Assembly: GCA_013239625.1 (NCBI GenBank)
Contig: MU053556.1
Coordinates: forward strand, 1-64,000
Length of the DNA: 64,000 nt
Direction: 5' to 3'
Source of the DNA: Lama guanicoe
Taxonomy: Eukaryota
Part shown: positions 50,101 through 62,142 of the stretch, in pieces
How the letters are laid out: the number at the start of each line of letters is the position of its first letter
Position numbering within the stretch: position 1 is the first letter of the stretch
Notes under the pieces: generated by a model
The model's database searches: none
The model's input: the letters and a program-made list of their open reading frames with translations, nothing else
Told to the model about the DNA's origin: nothing
Made by a program: the position numbers and the translations under genes

Positions 50101-51528
50101 GGGTGTAAATGATGCGCGTGGGCAGCCCGAGCACAGCTGCTCGTTCCTCATAATTGCAGGATAGAATGGATTTGCGGAGACGGCTTTATGACTGCCCCGT
50201 GTAGACTCTCAGTGCTCGAAAGGGATGCCTTGTGGTTTGGAGATGGGATTCTCATTTCTGTAAATACCCAATGATTGTTTTATTGGGCCCTGCATATTTG
50301 AATGTATTCTTTAGAAAGTACATATTGTAGATATATTTTTCAAACATGTGTGCTTTTTTTCTTTTATTGTTTATAGTTCTACCCTCTCATCTGTTGGTGT
50401 GACTTTTCATGGAATCCAGGAAACAGCCCTAAGCTACCTACCTCTTCACACTTCTCCGTGTTGGTTTTCTTCCCTGAATAGAAGAGGGTTTTGCATAGGA
50501 AATTTTCTTTATTCCCCTTTTCTTGGAGTCTCTCTGTCTGTCTGCCCATCTCTCACCTGTCCATCTGTCCATTTCTATACCCACTCATTCTTCTGACTTG
50601 TTCCAAGAAGCACTTCAGGCAGCATACAGAAGAACAGATACCAAATAAACAGGTGAGAAAATGAGGCCAAGTTCAGACAATGAGGCTAGGAGGCGAGCCT
50701 GTGTGAGGTTTGCAGGCATGAGACACATGCCTCTGCCCTGTGACTTATAAGATGGACAGCAAGAGTGTGCCTGAGGCTCCCACCAGACACAGGGAAACAG
50801 GGTTTGTGGGAGATGCTCAGTGGCTGTGAAATAAATAACTGGCTTAGGAGAAGCCTAGCCCTTCCAGCTACTAAGGCTTAGGAGAATATTTTGAATGTCT
50901 TCCAAAATCAGAGTATTTCATTTTTTATTTTGTCAGAGTTCTACATATAGTTGGTTACATTCTATACCTGGAAATTTCTCCAAAACTCCTTACGTGAGTT
51001 CCATGGCTCGGGAATGGGGTGATTCTGCTCATTGACGGTGTTTGGACAGAAACAGAAAATGACAGCTTCGAAGGAGCCTGGGATTTGTCAGTTATGTTTT
51101 GTCAGTGATGTAGATTTCAGAGAATGCTTTCACAGTTTCTCTCCATCTGAGGCAGCAGCGTGCTCTCTTACCAGCATCAGGAGCTCAGGGCCACGGGATG
51201 GTGGGGGCTGACTGCACTGCCGTCAAGAAATCTAAGGTAGTCACTACAGGCGTGGTGCTTTTACGTAGTGCATTTCATATTCTTTAATAGAAGGCTTCAA
51301 CAGGGAGTTAATTAACTGAGTTAATTAACATTTAATAAATATGATGCTTTGTTGAATAGGCAGTTATAGGCAGAATATAAGCTGTGAAGATTTTAAGAAC
51401 GGCTTCATTACTGAAATTTCAGTAGGGAAGATTCACAGTTTATCTTATTTATGCCTCTCTTTTAAAGTAACAAAGAAACAAGACAGAAGAAGCAGAGGAT
51501 GATTTCTGTTCTTCCTTTCGGCTTGCAG

Positions 51529-51649
51529 GCGCCCTCACCTCCAGTGGCATTCATCCAGACACCAGCACTGTCACTGGCCATGCTCAGAACTACCTCAGCC
51601 CTGAAGACACAACTGACAAATAGAAGGGGACCGCGTCCTGTTACAGCAG
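51529..51649 (+). pseudogene. TRAPPC9: TRAPPC9 exon 6 remnant with premature stop
   Basis: ttgcag|...ALTSSGIHPDTSTVTGHAQNYLSPEDTTDK*KGTASCYS|gt versus recalled [40 protein letters not shown]. Confidence 0.92.
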
Positions 51650-52849
51650 GTGCTCTCACTTTGTGGGTCCTTATGTAACTGCGCAGTGTTAATCAGGATC
51701 ACCCGTTCCACATTGCGTGACGGTGCTGCGGTGTCTCCTACTTACTTGTTTCTGTATGTACTCGTGTATTTTCCCCAATGTGTGGTACTACACATCTTAA
51801 AATGCTTTTTTCAGATGAAAAATAATGTGTATTTAATATAATAAGTCTGAAAAAAGTGACAAAAGAGGCTATCCTGGTCCCACTACTCAGAGATAATAAT
51901 TAACACTTTAACATCTATTTTCTGTCCTTTTCATCAGGGTGTATCACCTCTGTCATAAAAACCAGCGAGCACTCTCTGCCTGTTTACTGTGTGGAGAACT
52001 CCATTTTCCATTTGGCTTTTTATATGTTTTCTGCAATATTCTATCTCCCCTGGCATGATTTTTAATGACCAGTATAGAATTCTGTCTTGTGGAGGCATCG
52101 TCCATTTTACTTCAGACTTAAATAAGCTTTTAAATTCCAAGTGTACTTTACTGAAATACTGAAAAGAGAACTGTGGTGGTACTGATAGGCCCCTACATCC
52201 CATCCCCTTATTTCCTGAAGGTAAAAGCTGTTGACAATGTGGTGTATATATTTCATGACATTTATGCCTTTGATATATATATATACACATACATATATAG
52301 AAACATACATGAATCTGAGAAATCTATGTATATGTGTGTGTATATATACTTTATTGAAAAATAAGGCCATACCATAAGTTTTCTGCAGCTCGTTTTATTC
52401 ACTCAGGGGTATATCATAGACGTCCTCCCACTCCAGACTCACCCGGTCCTTTCAGATAGAGTGGAGGGGTCCCCTGATGTGCACGTGTGGTCTCTTGTGC
52501 AAGGACACTTTTGGTGGGAGAGTGCTGTGGACAAGCCGAAACGCCAGCCCCATCAGAGCCCACAGCTCGCCGTGATTTACCGCATCGTTGTCTTGATGGT
52601 GGACACTTAAGTTTTCTCCATTTTCCACTGTCAGAAAAGATGTTTGACTGGCATCCTTCTTCTGCAAATATTCCTGTGATCTCATATGAGTATTCCTTTA
52701 ATTAAGGCTTCTGGAAATTTAGTCCCTGGATGTGACATTTACATTCATCACAGGCTCTTTTCAAGTGACTCTAGAAATTCCTTCTCAAGTGGGGAATGAA
52801 AAGACGTAGAATTACTTATGTAACCATTTCTCTATCGTTGGATAATGAT

Positions 52850-54250
52850 TTCACTTTAGCTTTTCTTCCCACCTTTGTAAACAGTGCTGTGAAAATATCC
52901 TGATGAGTACATCTTTTTGAACTGATTTTTTTTCTAAACGAAACGATTGCTAGAAGTGGAGTTGAGTCTGTGTGTACACACGTTTTTCAGAGTTTACATA
53001 TCCATTGACATGTCGTCCTCCAAACACGTCGCTCACAGTTTGTTCTCTCACAGATGGACACTAGCTAGAATAGCTTTTAAAAATATTTGCCAATATGATG
53101 AGCAAAAGTGCTTTTTCATTGTTTTAGTTTGCATTTGATGACCAGTGAGGTATTCAGCATTTTTCACTTATTAGCCATCTGACTTGTAAAAAGTGAATGA
53201 TCCCTTTTGTCCTTTGCATATATTTAAGTGAGGGAGCTTCTTGTTGCTTTGTGACAGCTCTTTGTATGTTATGAACATTAACCCCTTGTCTTCATCAACA
53301 TGTACCACGCAGCTTTTTCTTGTCATTTCTTGCCTTTCATTTTGTCCAGTAAGTTTACTTTTGTTGTGGCCCAAAATATACTTAAGATAGTAAATGTCTT
53401 CTTTTTGGGTTTTATGTTTGGTATTATTCTTAGAGACACTTTCTTATAATGGTACAAGTCTCTTCTGTAGGTTTTGTAATCTCTAAGGTGGAGATGCTAA
53501 TAGTGCTTGTTATATTGAGGGGAAGTTGAATTAATATGAGCAAAGTGTTGTATTTGCTGTTGTTAGTCCTTTTTAATATTTACGTCACTATCTGTAAGTT
53601 TTCTTGTGGTCATTATGACAGGACTAGAATTTGTTCTTTCCAGGGGATTCTCTGATTGTCCCAGGACAATTATTGAATTCATACTTTGCTCTTTGATTTG
53701 AAATCCCACGTGTACAAAATACTTATATACACTAGAGTCTCTTTTTGAGCTCATGGTTTATTTCTGTCAATCTTACTTTCTTACTCCAGCACCATATCTT
53801 ACATATTGTAAAAATTTATTTAATATCTGACAGTGCAATTTTTTAAATTCTTTTCTTCCATCCCAAATTTTCTGGCTAGTATTATGACTATTATTCCAGA
53901 AGAATTCTAAAATACTTTGTTCAAGTTAAAAAAAAATGGTAAGGGTTTTCATAGGATTTTTTAGTAAGTTTTGAATTATCTTTAGCAGAACTTTCATCTT
54001 TACAAAACTGCTTTCCTCCATGCAATATGTTGATGTCTCTACATTCACATCTCTTACTTTACCCCTCAGTAGAGTCCTGTAGTTTCTCCATGAAGAACAT
54101 GGGCTTTACTTTTGAGTTTATTCCAGATTATTGTTTATGTTTTAGTTAATTTTGTAAGTGAAAATTTCTGGCTAATATATTTTTTAACTGTTTAAACTGA
54201 CACCTAGAAAGGCAGAATTTGTTTGTAAATACTCACTTTGTAACTTGTCA
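52850..54250 (-). mobile_element. Highly degraded L1 (L1ME-like) fragments
   Basis: ttgttttagtttgcatttg...cattttttcacttattagccatc...; T-rich antisense L1 pattern. Confidence 0.5.
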
Positions 54251-55197
54251 TTTAAAATTGTAAGTGTTAAATACTTGTTCCAGAATCCTTTCTTTTCTGT
54301 TTTTCAAAATTTGTTTCCAAGATTATCAGAATGGTCATAGCTAAGTAGTATAGGTGGGGAGAAAGATGGAGAGAGGTAGTGTGACCCATGTACAAACTGT
54401 GAACAGTTTCATGGCTGCCTTTAGGCTGGAGAGGCCTATCAGAAGAGCTAAGACCAGGGATGCCTTTTTATGCACTTGAAAGCCAGCTTTCCTGCCTTTA
54501 TGGTGAAGCCTGGTGGGCGTGGCAGGTAGATGAACAAGGTCCGATGGAGGTCATTGGCTGCACAGAGCGCTGTGTCTGTGAGAAGTGGAGACCAGTGCCA
54601 TAGGAAATCCTTGGTGCCAGGAACACTGCAGGGGAGCTGGGGAACCTGTGTGTTAAGGATTTTCCAGTCCTGGGTGTGAGAATAGCAGACTCTGCATTCA
54701 GATCTGAGTTTGAATTCATCCTCTCTTATTTACTGGTCCTCTGGCTTTTGTCAAGTTACATACCCTCTTTGAACTCCTGTTTTCTTGTCTCTCAAAATAG
54801 GAGAATTACGGCCTGCTGCTAGAGTGTTTGATCAGGGTAAATGATTTGTGTCTGTAACATGCCATGTACTGTCACAAGTTCAGTGAGAAATGGGCTGTCG
54901 CCTCTTCTTCTGCAACTCAGTGCTCGACAAGACATCGGGTGAATGCCAGTCCCTAATTTGTGTGTGATGCAAGTAGGAACAAAATTAATGTCTTGCCTTT
55001 CACTAGCAGTATTCTTACTACTTTGCTTCATTTACTTCTTTCCTCCTTTCCTTTCCCCTTTCCCCTCCTCCACCAAAAGAACCTGAGAGTGTCTCAGAAC
55101 ACTAGATTCAAATTACTTTAAAGGTTATCTCATCCTCATGAAATGACAGTAAAATAAAAAAATCTGTACACATCCTAGAATTCATTGTATTTGATTT

Positions 55198-55238
55198 ACA
55201 CACACACACGCACGCACACACACACACACACACACACA
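55198..55238. repeat. (CA)n microsatellite, interrupted
   Basis: acacacacacacgcacgcacacacacacacacacacacaca. Confidence 0.95.
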
Positions 55239-56630
55239 ATCAGGCTACCTCCCACTTACTGAGGGAGAAGAACCACTTATTCTGAGTTTTCATTCACTGA
55301 CCGTGAGAGCAAAGTGTCTTACACAGAATTTCACCTGGCTTCGTGCATGGTGTTTTTAGTTGGATTTCTGCTTTGTGGCCATAGAATTATTCTCCTAATA
55401 GAAGAGAGGAAGTGGAGACATAGACATTCTGCTGAGATATTGGTGTCATCATATTTGTGTTGGGAAGGGCTTAAGAAAGCACAGAGTCGTAACTGTTTAT
55501 GGGTGAAAATCCATGATAGTGTAACTTGGACAAGAACCTGGATCTTCTGCCATCGTGTCCATGCGGGTGAAGAGGCAACTTGGTGGGGGATGGCAGGGAT
55601 CCTTCTTGCTTGAATTCCAGGGTCTTGCTAGTTTTCATTGTTCACCTACCTTTAGTTTAGGTCCATGTGGCCTCTCATGGGAAGGTCACTCTGTCCTGAT
55701 AAATAGAGTTTCTAATCAGCAAAAAGCTCTGTACCCACTCATATTTCCCAGAGTTTTTTCTGCTGACCTGCTGACACTTTATATAAATGAGACCTAAGAA
55801 ACTACTGGATATAAAATCCTTTGTGTTATAATTAGCCCTCAAGTTCCATAGGAATGGGGTGCTGTCTCAGGCTGTCTAAGGCTAGATCTGAATAAAGATA
55901 GGGTGATAGGCTGTGCTCTGGACCCTCCACAATCAAATGTGATTTCCACCTTAGTTTTTAGAATCAGGCAGATGAGCTCAAATCTTGTCTTTACCAGTTA
56001 TTAGCTTAGTGACCTTGGGGAAGAAACTACTTATTTGTGTACAATTGTCTTTGTCTGTAAATAAGTTCAGAATTTATGTTAAGGTTTTTGTTTTAGAATT
56101 GAATGAGCTAATTCCCTCATTTTTACCTAAAATACTGATCGCGTGGTCTATAATGGTGCATTGGTTGTTGATTACTAAGGCACTTGGCAGTGAGAAAGGG
56201 GGTGGGGGACCCCTGGATTCTAGAGCTTATATTCCAGGATATGCTTGTAAAAGGCTGGATGTGCAGTGGATTTTTTGTAAATATCCATTCCATTCCTAAT
56301 CCGCAATGATTGTGTATATATCTTTATACTAATATATGAACAATTTTTAATGCAATTTAAATCTTTCTGTAGTATTTAAAATATGTAGCTGTAACAAAAA
56401 TACGGGAAATAAAATGATTTCACTTTTATTTTCTTTTCAACAAGCAAAACAAAATATAATAGGAAAGAAAAAAATGTTTTGAAGGAGTAGAAATAATTTT
56501 ATTTCCATAGAATCAATTCCCTATGATAGGTTTTTTGTTTGTGTTGTTAAACAGCATATAAAATTGATAGGTTGTGACATATTGGAAATGAGGGAGCAGT
56601 GCAGACATACTACCACCAATGCAGTCATTT

Positions 56631-57171
56631 TGTTACCAAGTCCAAACTCGTTCTGCTTGCTGCATGACAGGCCAATAAATCAGGAGATGAGGTGTTCGAG
56701 CAAACAACACTGACTTTATTTGAACAGCTGGCAGATCCAGAAGATGCCATACTGATAACCTGGAGAAACCTCTTCCCCAAGTCAGAATTCAGTCTCCTTT
56801 TATACTAAAAAGGGTCGGGGGTGTGGTTGGTTGTTGCAAGCTTCTTGCTGTACGAATTGTTTGTCCTGGGAATCCTTTGTTCTTGCAGCTGTCCATGTAG
56901 GTCAAATCATGGTGCCTCTGTAAAACCTTCAAAAAAAAAACAAAGTTTATTCTCTATTTTGCAACATGCCATCTGTACATAAGTGCAGGAGAGCTAACAT
57001 CCTTAAAGATCAGAGCCCGGAGAATAGGCTCTCCTGGATATTTCAGGCTAAATGCAACTTTCTTTTACAAAAGGTGCAGAGCTAGCAAGTCTGAGACTAG
57101 AAAACAGGGCACAGGTTTAAAGCCCAAGGAACACATCTAATGTGGAGTCAAATTTGTTCTTTTCTATTACA
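56631..57171 (-). mobile_element. Solo LTR (same family, copy 3) with 4-bp TSD
   Basis: tgttacc...tattaca flanked by attt on both sides (56627-56630, 57172-57175); TATA-like (tataaaag) and AATAAA on - strand; a 4-bp TSD is consistent with class I ERV. Confidence 0.85.
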
Positions 57172-58333
57172 ATTTCTTTTTCCACCTCATAAATAATTTT
57201 AGTAAGAAACATGGGCAATTTTTTTTTTATTTTTGCTTCTTAATAACAGAGAAGTTGTCCAAATACATTTTTGTGATCAGGGATGCTGTGCGGGCCTTGG
57301 GGTCACAGCAAATTCCTGTTGGGGGTGGTCTACCCTGCAACATGCCTGATGTCCCATGAGTGTTGGTGAGGGTCCCCCTAACCAGGGGCTCTCTTCAGGA
57401 ACCAGCATATGGGCATTGACCTCTGGCGACCTCTTTTTCAGCTGCAGGAAATTTTTTCAGATACTGTGATTGAAAAATCACTCCAGCTGGGGGTAATTAG
57501 GGACTAAAGGAAGAGGAAAAGGGCTTGGAGTAGAGTAGAAGAGAAGGACAGAAGATCAAGGAGCCTGGGGGCTTGGCATCGGGGCCTCCAGAGAGAGAAG
57601 CAGGGGTAGGGAGGGGTCCGGTTCCAGAACCAGCTCCTGCACCTGTCCCCGTGCCCAAGACACACAGCATTTAATTACCCAGGACTCTCTCCTGTCTGGA
57701 CGTCACCCTGGGCAGAACCTTGAGCATCGAAATTAAGGGGTGGGCAGCACTTACCTAGGGGGTCACAGAGGACTTAGGTCAAGTCCACAGTGCCTTTTCT
57801 GGTCATGTGTCTTCACTTGTCCTTTATCTTTGGATCTGAGGAAAAGGAGCAAGGAACTCAGGGAGAGATCCAGGAAGACATCTGAGTGTGTTAGGGAGGA
57901 CATTCACAGCGACACGGGGACCAAGGCCACTTGCAGCAAAGTAAAATGACTTCACAACTATTGCATCAGAGCTGCAGGTGTGACAGAGCCTAAGCCTGGG
58001 TCAGAGTGCAGGGGACAAGTGGAAAGAAATGGTAAAATTTCAACTGACAATTGAAATTTTGTTAAATAGCCTGCTACGCTTAATTGTATCACTTGAATGT
58101 ATGCAGGTGTATTTCTGTGAGGATTTATAGGTTCACACAACCCCATCAGCTCCTCTTGCCCACATTGGGGTGGGCTTTCTCAAGCACAGTGCCCCTCCTG
58201 CTTGGGTGGGCCACACTTTGGGTCCTCGTCAGGTGCCGGGCTGCTGCAGGGCATTGAGTCCCTGGGGCAAGGCCTGTGAGACACGACAGGAACATCTCTG
58301 CGCTTGACTGAGAGCCTCCAATTCCCCCTGCAG

Positions 58334-58457
58334 TGTAAGAATGCCGATGACTCATTTAGAAGCATGCTTCAAAGCTGTCCCTGCCCTTGCCATCCAGAAG
58401 CGGAGCCTGAAAGCTTCCAAAATTCTCCAGAATGCGATTTATATTCACCTTCGACAG
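58334..58457 (+). pseudogene. TRAPPC9: TRAPPC9 exon 7 remnant
   Basis: cccctgcag|CKNA..(frameshift)..[34 protein letters not shown]|gtgagt versus recalled [42 protein letters not shown]. Confidence 0.93.
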
Positions 58458-61364
58458 GTGAGTGTATGTCCACTTACAAGTGGAGGAATTATTGCAGTTT
58501 TTCTGAAACTTACTCACCACTAGTCCATCTGATTTTCCTGTGCTAGGATTCAGTATGGCCTGCTAAAAATTCTGGAGTCAGATCTTGAATCCCTGATGAA
58601 GAGGATTATTTATTTTATTTCTTTATATGATAGTATTTTACTTTCAAAATTCAGTTTTCTGTTCTTTGAGGAATTTTTTAGGGGTTGGAGACTTTACTCT
58701 TACCATCTTTGTGACCTGTTGCTATATGCCTCTCACCTGTCTTCTGTCACTTGTGAGGCAGTTCCATTTGTGACCCTGTGCGGGTTCATGTTATAAAATA
58801 TAAAGTCTGTAAAAGTACGGTCCCTTTTACTCCGAAGATATTTCACAAGTACTACTTAAATCTGGGTGTGGTTTTTAGAAGACAGTATGGTTAGAACATG
58901 TACTTGCAGGTTGCTAGTGCAAAATCCCCAAATCAATACTCAAGCTCAACATCTAAAATCTTTCTAATCTACCTTGGATTTGTATGAATAAGTGAAGCAG
59001 TTTGCTAAGAACACAAGACCAGGTTTAGAATACAGGCTGGTGTTGCTCAGCAGGTACTCCCAAGCTGAAGCTCTGCCAGAGGGCGGGGCTGAGTGGAGAG
59101 GGCGGGTCCTGCCCTCCCTGAACTGACAGTTTCATGGTAAAGACCTTCACCAGGTGAATACCTGGGAGTTTCTTCTAAGAAGAGTGGGTTTGAAAAGAGC
59201 CCTAAAAGCGCGGGACTGACACAATCCCATTTGTCTCAAGTAGGGGAGAGCGGCTGTGGGGCCACTTGGGAGACTCGTGAGTCCATGTGGGCAGTGTTGG
59301 TGGCTTCCCCTTGAGCTGTGGGACGGTCAGTGGGTAAAAGTGAACAGAATGAAGGCATGTTTAGATGGTAAAAAGGAAAGGATGAATGCTGTCTGTGAAG
59401 GTAGGATGGAGTAAGGCCCAGGTTTCTGGGTGGATTAATCACGTAAATGATTGTCCTGCTGTGCTCTTAGGAGGGAAACTTGCAGAGGGAATTCTGGAGG
59501 AATACCGATGAGTTCAGCTGTGGGTAAAGTGAAAGGCTGTTCGATGTGTGGTCTGGGAGCTCAGGTGAGAGCCAGTAGTGACTAGGGGGAGGGGAGAGAG
59601 ACTTTCAAATCATTTTGTCTTGTGAACATACAAATCAATATGAGTAATGACACACTTAACACCTCTATATTCTGGATTTAAAACCCAGTAACATTTTGTT
59701 ATATTGAGTGCAGAGGTTCTTAAATTTTTTAATAGAAATAAAATAAATAGAAACAAAATAGTGGAGTTAATCAACATCTTAGAGTTGATGTGTGTCCTTG
59801 TATGTATTTTGATACCTCATCTGTTTATAAGCATAATCTACAAAAGCTTGTGTAGCATAAGAGTTAAAAAGAGGGACGGGGCACACAGTGTTGGGGGTTG
59901 AGGCTGATCTTCTTGGGCAAATTTTGTAGCCTCTCTGTGCCTTAGTTGCATCTTCTGTGACTGCCCCCGGGACCCTCATCACAGCTGATTTCCTAGACTA
60001 GATGTTGGGAGGGAGGCTGCTGAAGGGATTAAGAAGTGGCAACTGCTAGAGATACTGAAGAGAGAGAAAAAAACAGATTAAAGCCTATAAACTGAGTACA
60101 AATACCCTCAAAAGTGAAAGGATCCCGCAGTGTTTTGAACCACTTAGCGTAAGGGAAACAAAATCACGTGGACCCAATTCTCTTGAGCATGTGAGTATTG
60201 TGGGTGGGAGGGTGTCATCAGTAAAGGGTTGAGAAGAGGCCTTTTGGTTTCCCTTGACGTTTCCAGTAAGGATGGGGCACAGAAGCAAAAACCCCCTGCT
60301 TCATAGTGGAAGCTGCTGTTTTGTGCGAAACTGACCAAAGGTTGGAAACCAGTCATCAGCGGTGCTGGCAAATGAAGAGACTTCTGGATTGGGTGGGGCA
60401 CTTGCTGTGACTTCCAGGTGAGCTGCTGGCTGGGGTCTGTGAGGCGGGCAGTAGGTTTGCAGGGTGACCCGGGCATAATCCCTGGCTCTGAGGCTGCTGG
60501 TCTGACTAGCAGACCTGGGCACACGCAGTCCTAATGGGGCAGCTCGTGATGTGGCCTGGGACACCTGCCATGCTGAGGGGGAGAAGAGGGCTCCCCTGAG
60601 TTGGTGTCCCTGTGGAGAGTGGAAACGTCCTCCTGCAGGGGAGGAAGAGCCTCTGAGCAGGGGGCCGGAAGCATAGGCAGGACCAGCCTGAGCACGGAGG
60701 GTTTGGGAAACCGGAAGTCATACAGTGGCCCGAGCAGCCTTGTTCCAGAGAGACTGGAGGGAAAAGATGCTGAAAAGTCAGGCTAGGGTCCGACCCTGTG
60801 GTGGGTTATGAGTGACAGGAAAGGACTGATCAGGCAGGCTCAAGAGAATCCTGTGGGCGTCCCAGCTGTTGCGTCCCGCCGGAGGGAGTAGCAGAGTTAC
60901 AGACTTTGCTGCTTATTAGCTGTGTGACTTTGAGCAATATCACTCCACCTCTCTCTACATATATCTTGATGTATCAAGTGACAGAGTGACAAGCTCGTGT
61001 CATCAGAAGGCTTAGTTCAGCTCTGATCCTCTGTGTCCAGTCCTGTCAGTGCTGCCCTGCAAGGTTCTGCAGCGGCTGCTCTTACCCCGAGATGGGAGGG
61101 CATAGAGGGACATTGTAGCGCCTGAGGGCAGGAAGAGGTTGCTTTAAAAGCAGACGTGTAGCCGCCTGCAGTTGCAGACCTGCAGGCAGTTTGGTTGACG
61201 TAGTGGAGAGGACTTTGGAGGCCTTAGCATCGTCTTAAAACTTGTTTTCCCTTGGGGCCCGGATTTGCCTTTGCAGATTAACATTGAAGATTTGGGCTTC
61301 TGGCAAAGCTGTTTTCAGAGATGGGTATATGTTGCCGATGAAATGAAACACAGACCTGCTGCAT

Positions 61365-62142
61365 TGCCATTTAAGAGTGTGATTAGACCATTTTTCTAAA
61401 AATTGAACATGATCGGGACTCCAATCAACAATGTCACGAGTATAATTAGTAGTATAGTTATATACAAGTTTAGGTTTATGATCTCTGCATTTCTCCCATT
61501 CTAAATGAGTTAAATCTGCTTCAGAAAATGTAGCGGGACATAAAGAAAGTGATGTAGGAATTGTATCATTAACAAAACCTGACACATTAAATCCTCTATT
61601 AGATACCATAACAGAAAATATAGCAGTGTGTAGCCCTCTATAATTAACTCCCCATGTATTATAAGCATGCTTATGATTTTGATGGTATAAAGGAAGACAA
61701 AAAAGATCCTGTCCAAAACATATAGGATCTCCTTCTACTCCTATAACATAACTTCCATTAATAATTTGAGGATCTCTATGACTATGTATATCTTGTATTC
61801 CACCGCAATCAGGTGGTGGAAAAAATCTGGAACATTAGTACATACAGGGACCTCAGGATCTCCGCAAGATACTGCACGAACCAAAGGAAGATTGGGAATA
61901 TAAGCCCAGTAATGTTGAGATACTTCTTGACTCATGCATACCTGGCAGGTAACAATAGCCATTATAGCAAGAAAAAGATTAACAGGATTCAGCGGTTGTC
62001 CAGCCCGCTGAAGAGTCTTCTCTGCCTCCTGGGTCAATTTCTTGAGTTGTCCCCATATTGGAGTTTGAGCTTCTCGAGTCGCAAAAGTGAAGGTTGTCTG
62101 CATCGAGAGCTCTCGGAATTGTCTTACGAACGGATCGCTCAT
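61365..62142 (-). mobile_element. env: Betaretrovirus-like ERV env, signal peptide + partial SU, 3'-truncated
   Basis: MSDPFVRQF...PIWGQLKKLTQEAEKTL...NLFLAIMAIVTCQV...YWAYIPNLPLVRAV (HERV-K/JSRV-like signal peptide motifs). One frameshift in a T-run at ~61820, then open through ...EWEKCR...IVDWSP...HTLKWQC; no TM or LTR follows. Confidence 0.85.

Larger units (their letters stand above)
26087..58457 (+). pseudogene. TRAPPC9: Unprocessed partial duplicate (pseudogene) of TRAPPC9 (NIBP), promoter through exon 7
   Basis: Collinear exon remnants match recalled TRAPPC9 protein: [24 protein letters not shown]..., ...[36 protein letters not shown]..., ...[24 protein letters not shown]. Introns are retained; there are multiple frameshifts and a stop. 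Confidence 0.95.

Noticed and set aside
51305..51329. Doubled palindrome gagttaattaac x2
   Set aside because: Simple 13-bp slippage duplication, no further context
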